A stretch of DNA of 64,000 nt. Origin: Eledone cirrhosa (taxonomy: Eukaryota). The notes below the pieces were generated by a model. That model ran no database searches. It had not been told where the DNA came from and saw only the letters and a program-made list of their open reading frames with translations. Position numbers and translations under genes: made by a program. Positions 35,601 through 49,128 of the stretch are shown here, in pieces. Position 1 is the stretch's first letter. Each line of letters opens with the position of its first letter. The DNA lies in assembly GCA_964016885.1 (NCBI GenBank), contig OZ024743.1, forward strand, positions 258,664,001-258,728,000, read 5' to 3'.

Positions 35601-38600
35601 GGTACCAGACCACAGTCCACCTAGCTGTCAGTAATAGGTACCAGACCACAGTCCACCTAGCTGTCAGTAATAGGTACCAGACCACAGTCCACCTAGCTGT
35701 CAGTAATAGGTACCAGACCACAGTCCAGCTAGCTGTCAGTAATAGGTACCAGACCACAGTCCACCTAACTGTCAGTAATAGGTCCCAGACCACACACCAC
35801 CTAGTTGTCAGTAATAGGTACCAGACCACAGTCCACCTAGCTGTCAGTAATAGGTACCAGACCACAGTCCACCTAGCTGTCAGTAATAGGTACCAGACCA
35901 CAGTCCAGCTAGTTGTCATTAATAGGTACCAGACCACAGTCCACCTAACTGTATGTAATAGTTACCAGACCAAAGTCCACCTAGCTGTCAGTAATAGGTA
36001 CCAGACCACAGTCCACCTAGCTGTCAGTAATAGGTACCAGACAACAGTCCACCTAGCTGTATGTAATAGTTACCAGACCAAAGTCCACCTAGCTGTCAGT
36101 AATAGGTACCAGACCACAATTCACCTAGCTGTCAGTAATAGGTACCAGACCACAGTCCACCTAGCTGTCAGCAATAGGTACCAGACCACAGTCCACCTAG
36201 CTGTCAGTAATAGGTACCAGACCACACTTCACCTAGCTGTCAGTAATAGGTACCAGACCACAGTCCAGCTAGCTGTCAGTAATAGGTACCAGACCACAGT
36301 CCACCTAGCTGTCAGTAATAGGTACCAGACCACAGTCCACCTAGCTGTCAATAATAGGTACCAGACCACAGTCCAGATAGCTGTCAGTAATAGGTACCAG
36401 ACCATAGTCCACCTAGCTGTCAGTAATAGGTACCAGAACACAGTCCACCTAACTGTCAGTGATAGGTACCAGACCACAGTCCACCTAGCTGTCAGTAATA
36501 GGTACCAGACCACAGTCCACCTAGTTGTCAGTAATAGGTACCAGACCACAGTCCACCTAACTGTCAGTAATAGGTACCAGACAACAGTTCACCTAGCTGT
36601 CAGTAATAGGTACCAGACCACAGTCCACCTAGCTGTCAGTAATAGGTACCAGACCACAGTCCACCTAGCTGTCAGTAATAGGTACCAGACCACAGTCCAC
36701 CAAGCTGTCAGCAATAGCACCAGACCACAGTCCACCTAGCTGTGAGTAATAGGTACCAGACCACAGTCCAGCTAGCTGTCAGTAATAGGTACCAGACCAC
36801 AGTTTAGCTAGCTGTCAGTAATAGGTACCAGACCACAGTCCACCTAGTTGTCAGTAATAGGTACCAGACGACAGTCCATCTAGCTGTCAGTAATAGGTAC
36901 CAGACCACAGTCCAGCTAGTTGTCAGTAATAGGTACCAGACCACAGTCCACCCAGCTGTCAGTAATAGGTACCAGACCACAGTCCACCTAGCTGTCAGTA
37001 ATGGGTACCAGACCACAGTCCATCTAGCTGTCAGTAATAGGTACCAGACCACAGTCCACCTAGCTGTCAGTAATAGGTACCAGACCACAGTCCAGCTAGT
37101 TGTCAGTAATAGGTACCAGACCACAGTCCACCTAGCTGTCAGTAATGGGTACCAGACCACAGTCCACCTAGCTGTCAGTAATGGGTACCAGACCACAGTC
37201 CACCTAGCTGTCAGTAATAGGTACCAGACCACAGTCCACCTAGCTGTCAGTAATAGGTACCAGACCACAGTCCACATCTGTCAGTAATGGGTACCAGACC
37301 ACAGTCCAGCCAGCTGTCAGTAATTCGTACCACACCACAGTACACCTAGCTGTCAGTAATAGGTACCAGACCACATCCCACCTAGCTGTCAGTAATGGGT
37401 ACCAGACCACAGTCCAGCTAGCTGTCAGTAATAGGTACCAGATCACAGTCCAGCTAGCTGTCAGTAATAGGTACCAGACCACAGTCCAGCTAGCTGTCAG
37501 GAATAGGTACCAGACCACAGTCCACCTAACTGTCAGTAATAGGTACCAGACCACAGTCAAGCTAGCTGTCAGTAATAGGTACCAGACCACAGTCCAGCTA
37601 GTTGTCAGTAATAGGTACCAGACCACACTCCACCTAGCTGTCAGTAATAGGTACCAGACCACAGTCCACCTAGCTGTCAGTAATAGGTACCAGACCACAG
37701 CCCAGCTAGCTGTCAGTAATAGGTACCAGACCACTGTCCACCTAGCTGTCAGTAATAGGTACCAGACCACAGTCCACCTATCTGTCAGTAATGGGTACCA
37801 GACCACAGTCCACCTAGCTGTCAGTAATAGGTACTAGACCACAGTCCACCTAGCTGTCAGTAATAGGTACCAGACCACAGTCCACCTAGCTGTCAGTAAT
37901 AGGTACTAGACCACAGTCCACCTATCTGTCAGCAATAGGTACCAGACCACAGTCCAGCTAGCTGTCAGTAATAGGTACCAGACCACAGTCCACCTAGCTG
38001 TCAGTAATAGGTACCTGACCACAGTCCACCTAGCTGTCAGTAATAGGTACCAGACCACAGTCCACCTAGCTATCAGCAATAGGTACCAGACCACAGTCCA
38101 CCTAGCTGTCAGTAATAGGTACCAGACCACAGTCCACCTAGCTGTCAGTAATAGGTACCAGACCACAGTCCACCTAGCTGTCAGTAATAGGTACCAGACC
38201 ACAGTCCACCTAGCTGTCAGTAATAGGTACCAGACCACCGTTCACCTAGCTGTCAGTAATAGGTACCAGACCACAGTCCAGCTAGTTGTCAGTAATAGGT
38301 ACCAGACCACAGTCCACCTATCTGTCAGTAATGGGTACCAGACCACAGACCAGCTAGCTGTCAGTAATGGGTACCAGACCACAGTCCACCTAGCTGTCAG
38401 TAATAGGTACCAGACCACATTCCACCTAGCTGTCAGTAATAGGTACCAGACCACAGTCCACCTAGCTGTCAGTAATAGGTACCAGACCACAGTCCACCTA
38501 GCTGTCAGTAATAGGCACCAGACCACAGTCCACCTAGTTGTCAGTAATAGGTACCAGACCACAGTTCTGCTAGCTGTCAGTAATAGGTACCAGACCACAG

Positions 38601-41600
38601 TCCACCTGGCTGTAAGTAATAGGTACCAGACCACAGTCCAGCCAGTTGTCAGTAATAGGTACCAGACCACAGTCCACCTAGCTGTCAGTAATAGGTACCA
38701 ATCCACAGTCCAGCTAGTTGTCAGTAATAGGTACCAGACCACAGTCCAGCTAGCTATCAGTAATAGGTACCAGACCACAGTCCAGCTAGCTGTCAGCAAT
38801 AGGTACCAGTCCACAGTCCAGCTAGCTGTCAGCAATAGGTACCAGACCACAGTCCAGCTAGCTGTCAGCAATAGGTACCAGACCACAGTCCAGGTAGCTA
38901 TCAGCAATAGGTACCAGACCACAGTCCACCTAGCTGTCAGTAATAATTAACAGACCACAGTCCACCTAGCTGTCAGTAATAGGTACCAAACCACAGTCCA
39001 GCTAGCTGTCAGTAATAGGTACCAGGCCACAGTCCACCTAGTTTTCAGTAATAGGTACCAGACCACTGTCCAGCTAGTTGTCAGTAATAGGTACCAGACC
39101 ACTGTCCAGCTAGTTGTCAGTAATAGGTACCAGACCACAGTCCACCTAGCTGTCAGTAATAGGTACCAGACCACAGTCCACCTAGCTGTCAGTAATAGGT
39201 ACCAGACCACAGTCCAGCTAGTTGTCAGTAATAGGTACCAGACCACAGTCCACCTAGTTGTCAGTAATAGGTACCAGACCACAGTCCACCTAACTCTCAG
39301 TAATAGGTACCAGACCACAGTCCACCTAGCTGTCAGTAATAGGTACCAGACCTCAGTGCAGCAATTTGTCAGTAATAGGTACCAGACCACAGTCCAGCTA
39401 GCTGTCAGTAATAGGTACCAAACCACAGTCCACCTAGCTGTCAGTAATAGCTACCAGACCACAGTCCACCTAGCTGTCAGTAATAGGTACCAGACCACAG
39501 TCCAGCTAGCTGTCAGTAATAGGTACCAGACCACAGTCCACCTAGCTGTCAGTAATAGGTACCAGACCACAGTCCAGCTAGCTGTCAGTAATAGGTACCA
39601 GACCACAGTCCACCTAACTGTCAGTAATAGGTACCAGACCACAGTCCACCTAGCTGTCAGTAATAGGTACCAGATCACAGTCCAGCTAGCTGTCAGTAAT
39701 AGGTACCAGAGCACAGTCCACCTAGCTGTCAGTAATAGGTACCAGACCACAGTCCAGCTAGTTATCAGTAATAGGTACCAGACCACAGTCCAGCTAGCTG
39801 TCAGTAATAAGTACCAGACCACAGTCACCTAGCTGTCAGTAATAGGTGCCAGACCACAGTCCACCTAGCTGTCAGTAATAGGTACCACACCACAGTCCAG
39901 CTAGCTGTCAGTAATAGGTACCAGACCACAGTCCAGCTAGCTGTCAGTATTAGGTAACAGATCTCACTCCACCTAGCTGTCAGTAATAGGTACCAGACCA
40001 CAGTCCAGCTAGTTGTCAGTAATAGGTACCAGACCACAGTCCACCTAGCTGTCAGTAATAGGTACCAGACCACAGTCCACCTAGCTGTCAGTAATAGTTA
40101 CCTGACCACAGTCCAGCTAGCTGTCAGTAATAGGTACCAGACCACAGTCCACCTAACTGTCAGTAATAGGTACCAGACCACAGTCCAGCTAGTTGTCAGT
40201 AATAGCTACCAGACCACAGTCCACCTAGCTGTCAGTAATAGGTACCAGACCACAGTCCACCTAACTGTCAGTAATAGGTACCAGACCACAGTCCAGCTAG
40301 CTGTCAGTAATAGGTACCAGACCACAGTCCACCTAACTGTCAGTAATAGGTACCAGACCACAGTCCACCTAGCTGTCAGTAATAGGTACCAGACTACAGT
40401 CCAGCTAGCTGTCAGCAAGAGGTACCAGACCACAGTCCACCTAGCTGTCAGTAATAGGTACTAGACCACAGTCCACCTAGCTGTCAGTAATAGGTACCAG
40501 ACCACAGTCCACCTAACTGTCAGTAACAGGTAACTGACCACATTCCAGATAGCTATCAGTAATAGGTACCATACCACAGTCCACCTAACTGTCAGTAACA
40601 GGTAACTGACCACATTCCAGATAGCTATCAGTAATAGGTACCAGACCACAGTCCACCTAACTGTCAGTAACAGTTAACTGACCACATTCCAGATAGCTAT
40701 CAGTAATAGGTACCATACCACAGTCGACCTAGCTGTCAGTAATAGGTACCAGACCACAGTCCACCTAGCTGTCAGTAATAGGTACCAGACCACAGTCCAC
40801 CTAACTGTCAGTAACAGGTAACTGACCACATTCCAGATAGCTATCAGTAATAGGTACCATACCACAGTCGACCTAGCTGTCAGTAATAGGTACCAGACCA
40901 CAGTCCACCTAGCTGTCAGTAATAGGTAACTGACCACAGTCCAGCTAGCTGTCAGTAATAGGTAACTGACCACAGTCCACCTAGCTGTCAGTAATAGGTA
41001 ACTGACCACAGTCCAGCTAGCTGTCAGTAATAGGTACCAGACCACAGTCCACCTAGCTGTCAGTAATAGGTACCAGACCACAGTCCACCTAGCTGTCAGT
41101 AATAGGTACCAGACCACAGTCCACCTAGCTGTCAGTAATAGGTACCAGACCACAGTCCACCTAACTGTCAGTAATAGGTACCAGACCACAGTCCACCTCG
41201 TTGTCAGTAATAGGTACCAGACCACAGTCCACCTAACTGTCAGTAATAGGTACCAGACCACAGTCCACCTAGTTGTCAGTAATAGGTACCAGACCACAGT
41301 CCACCTAACTGTCAGTAATAGGTACCAGACCACAGTCCACCTAACTGTCAGTAATAGGTACCAGACCACAGTCCACCTAGCTGTCAGTAATAGGTACCAG
41401 ACCACAGTCCACCTAGCTGTCAGTAATAGGTACCAGACCACAGTCCAGCTAGCTGTCAGTAATAGGTACCAGACCACAGTCCACCTAACTGTCAGTAATA
41501 GGTACCAGACCACAGTCCACCTAGCTGTCAGTAATAGGTACCAGACCACAGTCCAGCTAGCTGTCAGCAATAGGTACCAGACCACAGTCCACCTAGCTCT

Positions 41601-44600
41601 CAGTAATAGGTACTAGACCACAGTCCACCTAGCTGTCAGTAATAGGTACCAGACCACAGTCCACCTAACTGTCAGTAACAGGTAACTGACCACATTCCAG
41701 ATAGCTATCAGTAATAGGTACCAGACCACAGTCCACCTAGCTGTCAGCAATAGGTACCAGACCACAGTCCACCTAAATGTCAGTAATAGGTACCAGACCA
41801 CAGTCGACCTAGCTGTCAGTAATAGGTACCAGACCACAGTCCACCTAGCTGTCAGTAATAGGTAACTGACCACAGTCCAGCTAGCTGTCAGTAATAGGTA
41901 CCAGACCACAGTCCACCTAGCTGTCAGTAATAGGTAACTGACCACAGTCCAGCTAGCTGTCAGTAATAGGTAACTGACCACAGTCCACCTAGCTGTCAGT
42001 AATAGGTAACTGACCACAGTCCAGCTAGCTGTCAGTAATAGGTAACTGACCACAGTCCAGCTAGCTGTCAGTAATAGGTACCAGACCACAGTCCACCTAT
42101 CTGTCAGTAATAGGTACCAGACCACAGTCCACCTAACTGTCAGTAATAGGTACCAGACCACAGTCCACCTAGCTGTCAGTAATAGGTACCAGACCACAGT
42201 CCACCTAGCTGTCAGTAATAGGTACCAGACCACAGTCCACCTAGCTGTCAGTAATAGGTACCAGACCACAGTCCACCTATCTGTCAGTAATAGGTACCAG
42301 ACCACAGTCCACCTAGCTGTCAGTAATAGGTACCAGACCACAGTCCACCTAACTGTCAGTAATAGGTACCAGACCACAGTCCACCTAGCTGTCAGTAATA
42401 GGTACCAGACCACAGTCCACCTAGCTGTCAGTAATAGGTACCAGACCACAGTCCACCTAACTGTCAGTAATAGGTACCAGACCACAGTCCACCTAGTTGT
42501 CAGTAATAGGTACCAGACCACAGTCCACCTAACTGTCAGTAATAGGTACCAGACCACAGTCCACCTAGTTGTCAGTAATAGGTACCAGACCACAGTCAAC
42601 CTAACTGTCAGTAATAGGTACCAGACCACAGTCCACCTAGTTGTCAGTAATAGGTACCAGACCACAGTCAACCTAACTGTCAGTAATAGGTACCAGACCA
42701 CAGTCCACCTAACTGTCAGTAATAGGTACCAGACCACAGTCCACCTAGCTGTCAGTAATAGGTACCAGACCACAGTCCACCTAGCTGTCAGTAATAGGTA
42801 CCAGACCACAGTCCACCTGGCTGTCAGTAATAGGTACCAGACCACAGTCCACCTAACTGTCAGTAATAGGTGCCAGACAACGGTTCACCTAGCTGTCAGT
42901 AATAGGTACCAGACCACAGTCCACCTAGCTGTCAGTAATAGGTACCAGACCACAGTCCACCTAACTGTCAGTAATAGGTACCAGACCACAGTCCACCTAG
43001 TTGTCAGTAATAGGTACCAGACCACAGTCCACCTAGCTGTCAGTAATAGGTACCAGACCACAGTCCACCTAGTTGTCAGTAATAGGTACCAGACCACAGT
43101 CCACCTAGCTGTCAGTAATAGGTACCAGACCACAGTCCACCTAGCTGTCAGTAATAGGTACCAGACCACAGTCCACCTAGCTGTCAGTAATAGGTACTAG
43201 ACCACAGTCCACCTAGCTGTGAGTAATAGGTACCAGACCACAGTCCACCTAACTGTCAGTAATAGGTACCAGACCACAGTCCACCTAGCTGTCAGTAATA
43301 GGTACCAGACCACAGTCCAGCTAGCTGTCAGTAATAGGTACCAGACCACAGTCCACCTAACTGTCAGTAATAGGTACCAGACCACAGTCCACCTAGCTGT
43401 CAGTAATAGGTACCAGATCACAGTCCAGCTAGCTGTCAGTAATAGGTACCAGAGCACAGTCCACCTAGCTGTCAGTAATAGGTACCAGACCACAGTCCAG
43501 CTAGTTATCAGTAATAGGTACCAGACCACAGTCCAGCTAGCTGTCAGTAATAAGTACCAGACCACAGTCACCTAGCTGTCAGTAATAGGTGCCAGACCAC
43601 AGTCCACCTAGCTGTCAGTAATAGGTACCACACCACAGTCCAGCTAGCTGTCAGTAATAGGTACCAGACCACAGTCCAGCTAGCTGTCAGTATTAGGTAA
43701 CAGATCTCACTCCACCTAGCTGTCAGTAATAGGTACCAGACCACAGTCCAGCTAGTTGTCAGTAATAGGTACCAGACCACAGTCCACCTAGCTGTCAGTA
43801 ATAGGTACCAGACCACAGTCCACCTAGCTGTCAGTAATAGTTACCTGACCACAGTCCAGCTAGCTGTCAATAATAGGTACCAGACCACAGTCCACCTAAC
43901 TGTCAGTAATAGGTACCAGACCACAGTCCAGCTAGTTGTCAGTAATAGCTACCAGACCACAGTCCACCTAGCTGTCAGTAACAGGTACCAGACCACAGTC
44001 CACCTAACTGTCAGTAATAGGTACCAGACCACAGTCCAGCTAGCTGTCAGTAATAGGTACCAGACCACAGTCCACCTAACTGTCAGTAATAGGTACCAGA
44101 CCACAGTCCACCTAGCTGTCAGTAATAGGTACCAGACTACAGTCCAGCTAGCTGTCAGCAATAGGTACCAGACCACAGTCCACCTAGCTGTCAGTAATAG
44201 GTACTAGACCACAGTCCACCTAGCTGTCAGTAATAGGTACCAGACCACAGTCCACCTAACTGTCAGTAACAGGTAACTGACCACATTCCAGATAGCTATC
44301 AGTAATAGGTACCATACCACAGTCCACCTAACTGTCAGTAACAGGTAACTGACCACATTCCAGATAGCTATCAGTAATAGGTACCAGACCACAGTCCACC
44401 TAACTGTCAGTAACAGTTAACTGACCACATTCCAGATAGCTATCAGTAATAGGTACCATACCACAGTCGACCTAGCTGTCAGTAATAGGTACCAGACCAC
44501 AGTCCACCTAGCTGTCAGTAATAGGTACCAGACCACAGTCCACCTAACTGTCAGTAACAGATAACTGACCACATTCCAGATAGCTATCAGTAATAGGTAC

Positions 44601-47446
44601 CATACCACAGTCGACCTAGCTGTCAGTAATAGGTACCAGACCACAGTCCACCTAGCTGTCAGTAATAGGTAACTGACCACAGTCCAGCTAGCTGTCAGTA
44701 ATAGGTAACTGACCACAGTCCACCTAGCTGTCAGTAATAGGTAACTGACCACAGTCCAGCTAGCTGTCAGTAATAGGTACCAGACCACAGTCCACCTAGC
44801 TGTCAGTAATAGGTACCAGACCACAGTCCACCTAGCTGTCAGTAATAGGTACCAGACCACAGTCCACCTAGCTGTCAGTAATAGGTACCAGACCACAGTC
44901 CACCTAACTGTCAGTAATATGTACCAGACCACAGTCCACCTAGTTGTCAGTAATAGGTACCAGACCACAGTCCACCTAACTGTCAGTAATAGGTACCAGA
45001 CCACAGTCCACCTAGTTGTCAGTAATAGGTACCAGACCACAGTCCACCTAACTGTCAGTAATAGGTACCAGACCACAGTCCACCTAACTGTCAGTAATAG
45101 GTACCAGACCACAGTCCACCTAGCTGTCAGTAATAGGTACCAGACCACAGTCCACCTAGCTGTCAGTAATAGGTACCAGACCACAGTCCAGCTAGCTGTC
45201 AGTAATAGGTACCAGACCACAGTCCACCTAACTGTCAGTAATAGGTACCAGACCACAGTCCACCTAGCTGTCAGTAATAGGTACCAGACCACAGTCCAGC
45301 TAGCTGTCAGCAATAGGTACCAGACCACAGTCCACCTAGCTGTCAGTAATAGGTACTAGACCACAGTCCACCTAGCTGTCAGTAATAGGTACCAGACCAC
45401 AGTCCACCTAACTGTCAGTAACAGGTAACTGACCACATTCCAGATAGCTATCAGTAATAGGTACCAGACCACAGTCCACCTAGCTGTCAGCAATAGGTAC
45501 CAGACCACAGTCCACCTAAATGTCAGTAATAGGTACCAGACCACAGTCGACCTAGCTGTCAGTAATAGGTACCAGACCACAGTCCACCTAGCTGTCAGTA
45601 ATAGGTAACTGACCACAGTCCAGCTAGCTGTCAGTAATAGGTACCAGACCACAGTCCACCTAGCTGTCAGTAATAGGTAACTGACCACAGTCCAGCTAGC
45701 TGTCAGTAATAGGTAACTGACCACAGTCCACCTAGCTGTCAGTAATAGGTAACTGACCACAGTCCAGCTAGCTGTCAGTAATAGGTAACTGACCACAGTC
45801 CAGCTAGCTGTCAGTAATAGGTACCAGACCACAGTCCACCTATCTGTCAGTAATAGGTACCAGACCACAGTCCACCTAACTGTCAGTAATAGGTACCAGA
45901 CCACAGTCCACCTAGCTGTCAGTAATAGGTACCAGACCACAGTCCACCTAGCTGTCAGTAATAGGTACCAGACCACAGTCCACCTAGCTGTCAGTAATAG
46001 GTACCAGACCACAGTCCACCTATCTGTCAGTAATAGGTACCAGACCACAGTCCACCTAGCTGTCAGTAATAGGTACCAGACCACAGTCCACCTAACTGTC
46101 AGTAATAGGTACCAGACCACAGTCCACCTAGCTGTCAGTAATAGGTACCAGACCACAGTCCACCTAGCTGTCAGTAATAGGTACCAGACCACAGTCCACC
46201 TAACTGTCAGTAATAGGTACCAGACCACAGTCCACCTAGTTGTCAGTAATAGGTACCAGACCACAGTCCACCTAACTGTCAGTAATAGGTACCAGACCAC
46301 AGTCCACTTAGTTGTCAGTAATAGGTACCAGACCACAGTCAACCTAACTGTCAGTAATAGGTACCAGACCACAGTCCACCTAGTTGTCAGTAATAGGTAC
46401 CAGACCACAGTCAACCTAACTGTCAGTAATAGGTACCAGACCACAGTCCACCTAACTGTCAGTAATAGGTACCAGACCACAGTCCACCTAGCTGTCAGTA
46501 ATAGGTACCAGACCACAGTCCACCTAGCTGTCAGTAATAGGTACCAGACCACAGTCCACCTGGCTGTCAGTAATAGGTACCAGACCACAGTCCACCTAAC
46601 TGTCAGTAATAGGTGCCAGACAACGGTTCACCTAGCTGTCAGTAATAGGTACCAGACCACAGTCCACCTAGCTGTCAGTAATAGGTACCAGACCACAGTC
46701 CACCTAACTGTCAGTAATAGGTACCAGACCACAGTCCACCTAGTTGTCAGTAATAGGTACCAGACCACAGTCCACCTAGCTGTCAGTAATAGGTACCAGA
46801 CCACAGTCCACCTAGTTGTCAGTAATAGGTACCAGACCACAGTCCACCTAGCTGTCAGTAATAGGTACCAGACCACAGTCCACCTAGCTGTCAGTAATAG
46901 GTACCAGACCACAGTCCACCTAGTTGTCAGTAATAGGTACCAGACCACAGTCCACCTAGCTGTCAGTAATAGGTACCAGACCACAGTCCACCTAGCTGTG
47001 AGTAATAGGTACCAGACCACAGTCCACCTAACTGTCAGTAATAGGTACCAGACCACAGTCCACCTAGTTGTCAGTAATAGGTACCAGACCACAGTCCACC
47101 TAGCTGTCAGTAATAGGTACCAGACCACAGTCCACCTAGCTGTCAGTAATAGGTACCAGACCACAGTCCACCTAGCTGTCAGTAATAGGTACCAGACCAC
47201 AGTCCATCTTACTGTCAGTAATAGGTACCAGTCCACAGTCCACCTAACTGTCAGTAATAGGTACCAGACCACAGTCCACCTAGTTGTCAGTAATAGGTAC
47301 CAGACCACAGTCCACCTAGTTGTCAGTAATAGGTACCAGACCACAGTCCACCTAGCTGTCAGTAATAGGTACCAGACCACAGTCCACCTAGCTGTCAGTA
47401 ATAGGTACCAGACCACAGTCCACCTAGCTGTCAGTAATAGGTACCA
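23670..47446. repeat. 36-bp satellite array, ~660 monomers, consensus CCACCTAGCTGTCAGTAATAGGTACCAGACCACAGT
   Basis: Uninterrupted head-to-tail monomers with point variants and rare 1-2-bp deletions; 12-aa periodicity in the ORF track on both strands. Confidence 0.99.
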
Positions 47447-47467
47447 ATTCAATCTTGACATAACCTC

Positions 47468-48095
47468 CCTCAGCTACCCTCACTCACATGGTAGTCACTC
47501 AGCTCTCCTCACTCACACGGTAGTCAGTCAGCTACCCTCACCCACATGTTAGTCACTCAGCTACCCTCACTCACATGGTAGTCACTCAGCTATCCTCACT
47601 CACTTGGTAGTCACTCAGCTACCCTCACTCACATGGTCATCACTCAGCTACCCTCACTACATGGTAGTCACTCAGCTCTTGTCACTCCCAAGGTAGTCAC
47701 TCAGCTACCCTCACTCACATGGTAGTCACTCAGCTGCCCTCACTCACTTAGTAGTTACTCAGCTACCCTCACCCACATGGTAGTCACTCAGCTACCCTCA
47801 CTACATGGTAGTCACTCAGCTCCTGTCACTCACAAGGTAGTCACTCAGCTACCCTCACTCACATGGTAGTCACTCAGCTGCCCTTACTCACTTGGTAGTC
47901 ACTCAGCTACCCTCACACACATGGTAGTCACTCAGCTACCCTCACCCACATGGTTGTCACTTAGCTACCCTCACTCCCATGGTAGTCACTCAGCTGCCGT
48001 CACTCACTTGGTAGTCACTCAGCTACCCTCACTCACTTGGTAGTCACTTAGCGACCCTCACTCACTTGGCAGTCACTCAGCTTTCCTCACTTGTT
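47468..48095. repeat. 29-bp minisatellite, ~21 copies, consensus GGTAGTCACTCAGCTACCCTCACTCACAT
   Basis: GGTAG starts at 47490 and 47519 (period 29); degenerates toward 48150. Confidence 0.95.
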
Positions 48096-48305
48096 TGCTA
48101 ATTACTCAGTTACTCTCACTCAGTTCCTAGCCACTCATCTACCATCACTCACCTAATACATGTATATGGAAATGATGATGATGATATATATATATATAAA
48201 TGAAATATATATATATAAACAGTCTATTTTTAGAATCATTGAGCCGATGGGAAGTTTGTGAATTTGAAAGAAGCATACACTCCCACATACAGTATATATA
48301 TTATA

Positions 48306-48612
48306 GTGAAGGCCTGTGGAATAGTGGTTAGATTTCTGGGTCATGGCTGTAGGGCCATAAGTTCAATTCCTGGAGCTGACAGCACATTGTGTCCTTGAGC
48401 AAGACACTTTATTTGATGTTGCTTCAGTTCACAGTTGGCAAAAATGAGTTGAATTTGTAATTCAAGAGGACAGCCATTGTGTCATGCAAATTTTCTTTAA
48501 GAACTACCATAAGGGTGTACATGTCTGTGAAATGCTCAGCCCCTTACATATTAATTTCATAACCAGGATGTTCCTTTGATTGAATCGACTGGAGCACTCA
48601 TCATCGAAACAA
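48306..48612 (+). mobile_element. tRNA-derived CORE-like SINE
   Basis: GTGAAGGCCTGTGG..TAGTGGTTAG, AGTTCAATTCC, GTGTCCTTGAGCAAGACACTTTATTT; matches the reverse complement of 20640-20758. Confidence 0.7.
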
Positions 48613-48959
48613 TCATGTTTTAGTATAATATATAGTATATGTATATTATAGTTGTCACTTAGAACATCCCAAGGACAGTCACCAATAAAAACAGTTTCAG
48701 CATGTCAACCTATACGGTGAACCTAAGCTAAGAATCTTAAAATCAATTTGTATCCAGAGATGACTTATACATCAGCTTAGTTATTAGAATAATACACTTT
48801 ATGTTAATTCTCAATGTGATGTCAATATCTATGGCTAGCACTTGCAACTGAATAGGACTTAGTAGTATGTACCATGACTTTGTTAAGGGTTTGGAGGAGC
48901 CCTATGCAGTTGCAAGCAGACATACACTCTCTTCTTTGACTCGCCCTTCTTTGATCCAA

Positions 48960-49128
48960 CAGAACATTCAGGTTGTTATAACTGGAAGGAAAGAGGGCAG
49001 CACTGATACTTTCTTTATCAAGTTTGAAAGGATGAGAATCAAAGTAGACCTCGGTGGGATTTGAACTCAGATCACTGAAAGACAGAACAAATATCCAACA
49101 CTCTAATGACTCTGCCAAATCGACCACC
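48960..49128 (-). mobile_element. SINE of the 15860 family (degenerate)
   Basis: AAGGATGAGAATCAAAGTAGACCTCGGTGGGATTTGAACTCAG...CTGCCAAATCGACCACC is the reverse complement of the family head. Confidence 0.65.

Noticed and set aside
23670-47446. CRISPR array (36-bp, partly palindromic repeat)
   Set aside because: Monomers are contiguous with no unique spacers, there are no cas genes, and the context is eukaryotic
23633-47552. Giant repeat proteins (HLAVSNRYQTTV)n on + or (VVWYLLLTARWT)n on -
   Set aside because: A stop-free frame in a 36-bp unit is common by chance. In-frame stops (TACTAG) and 1-2-bp deletions are propagated through the HORs, and most starts are non-ATG
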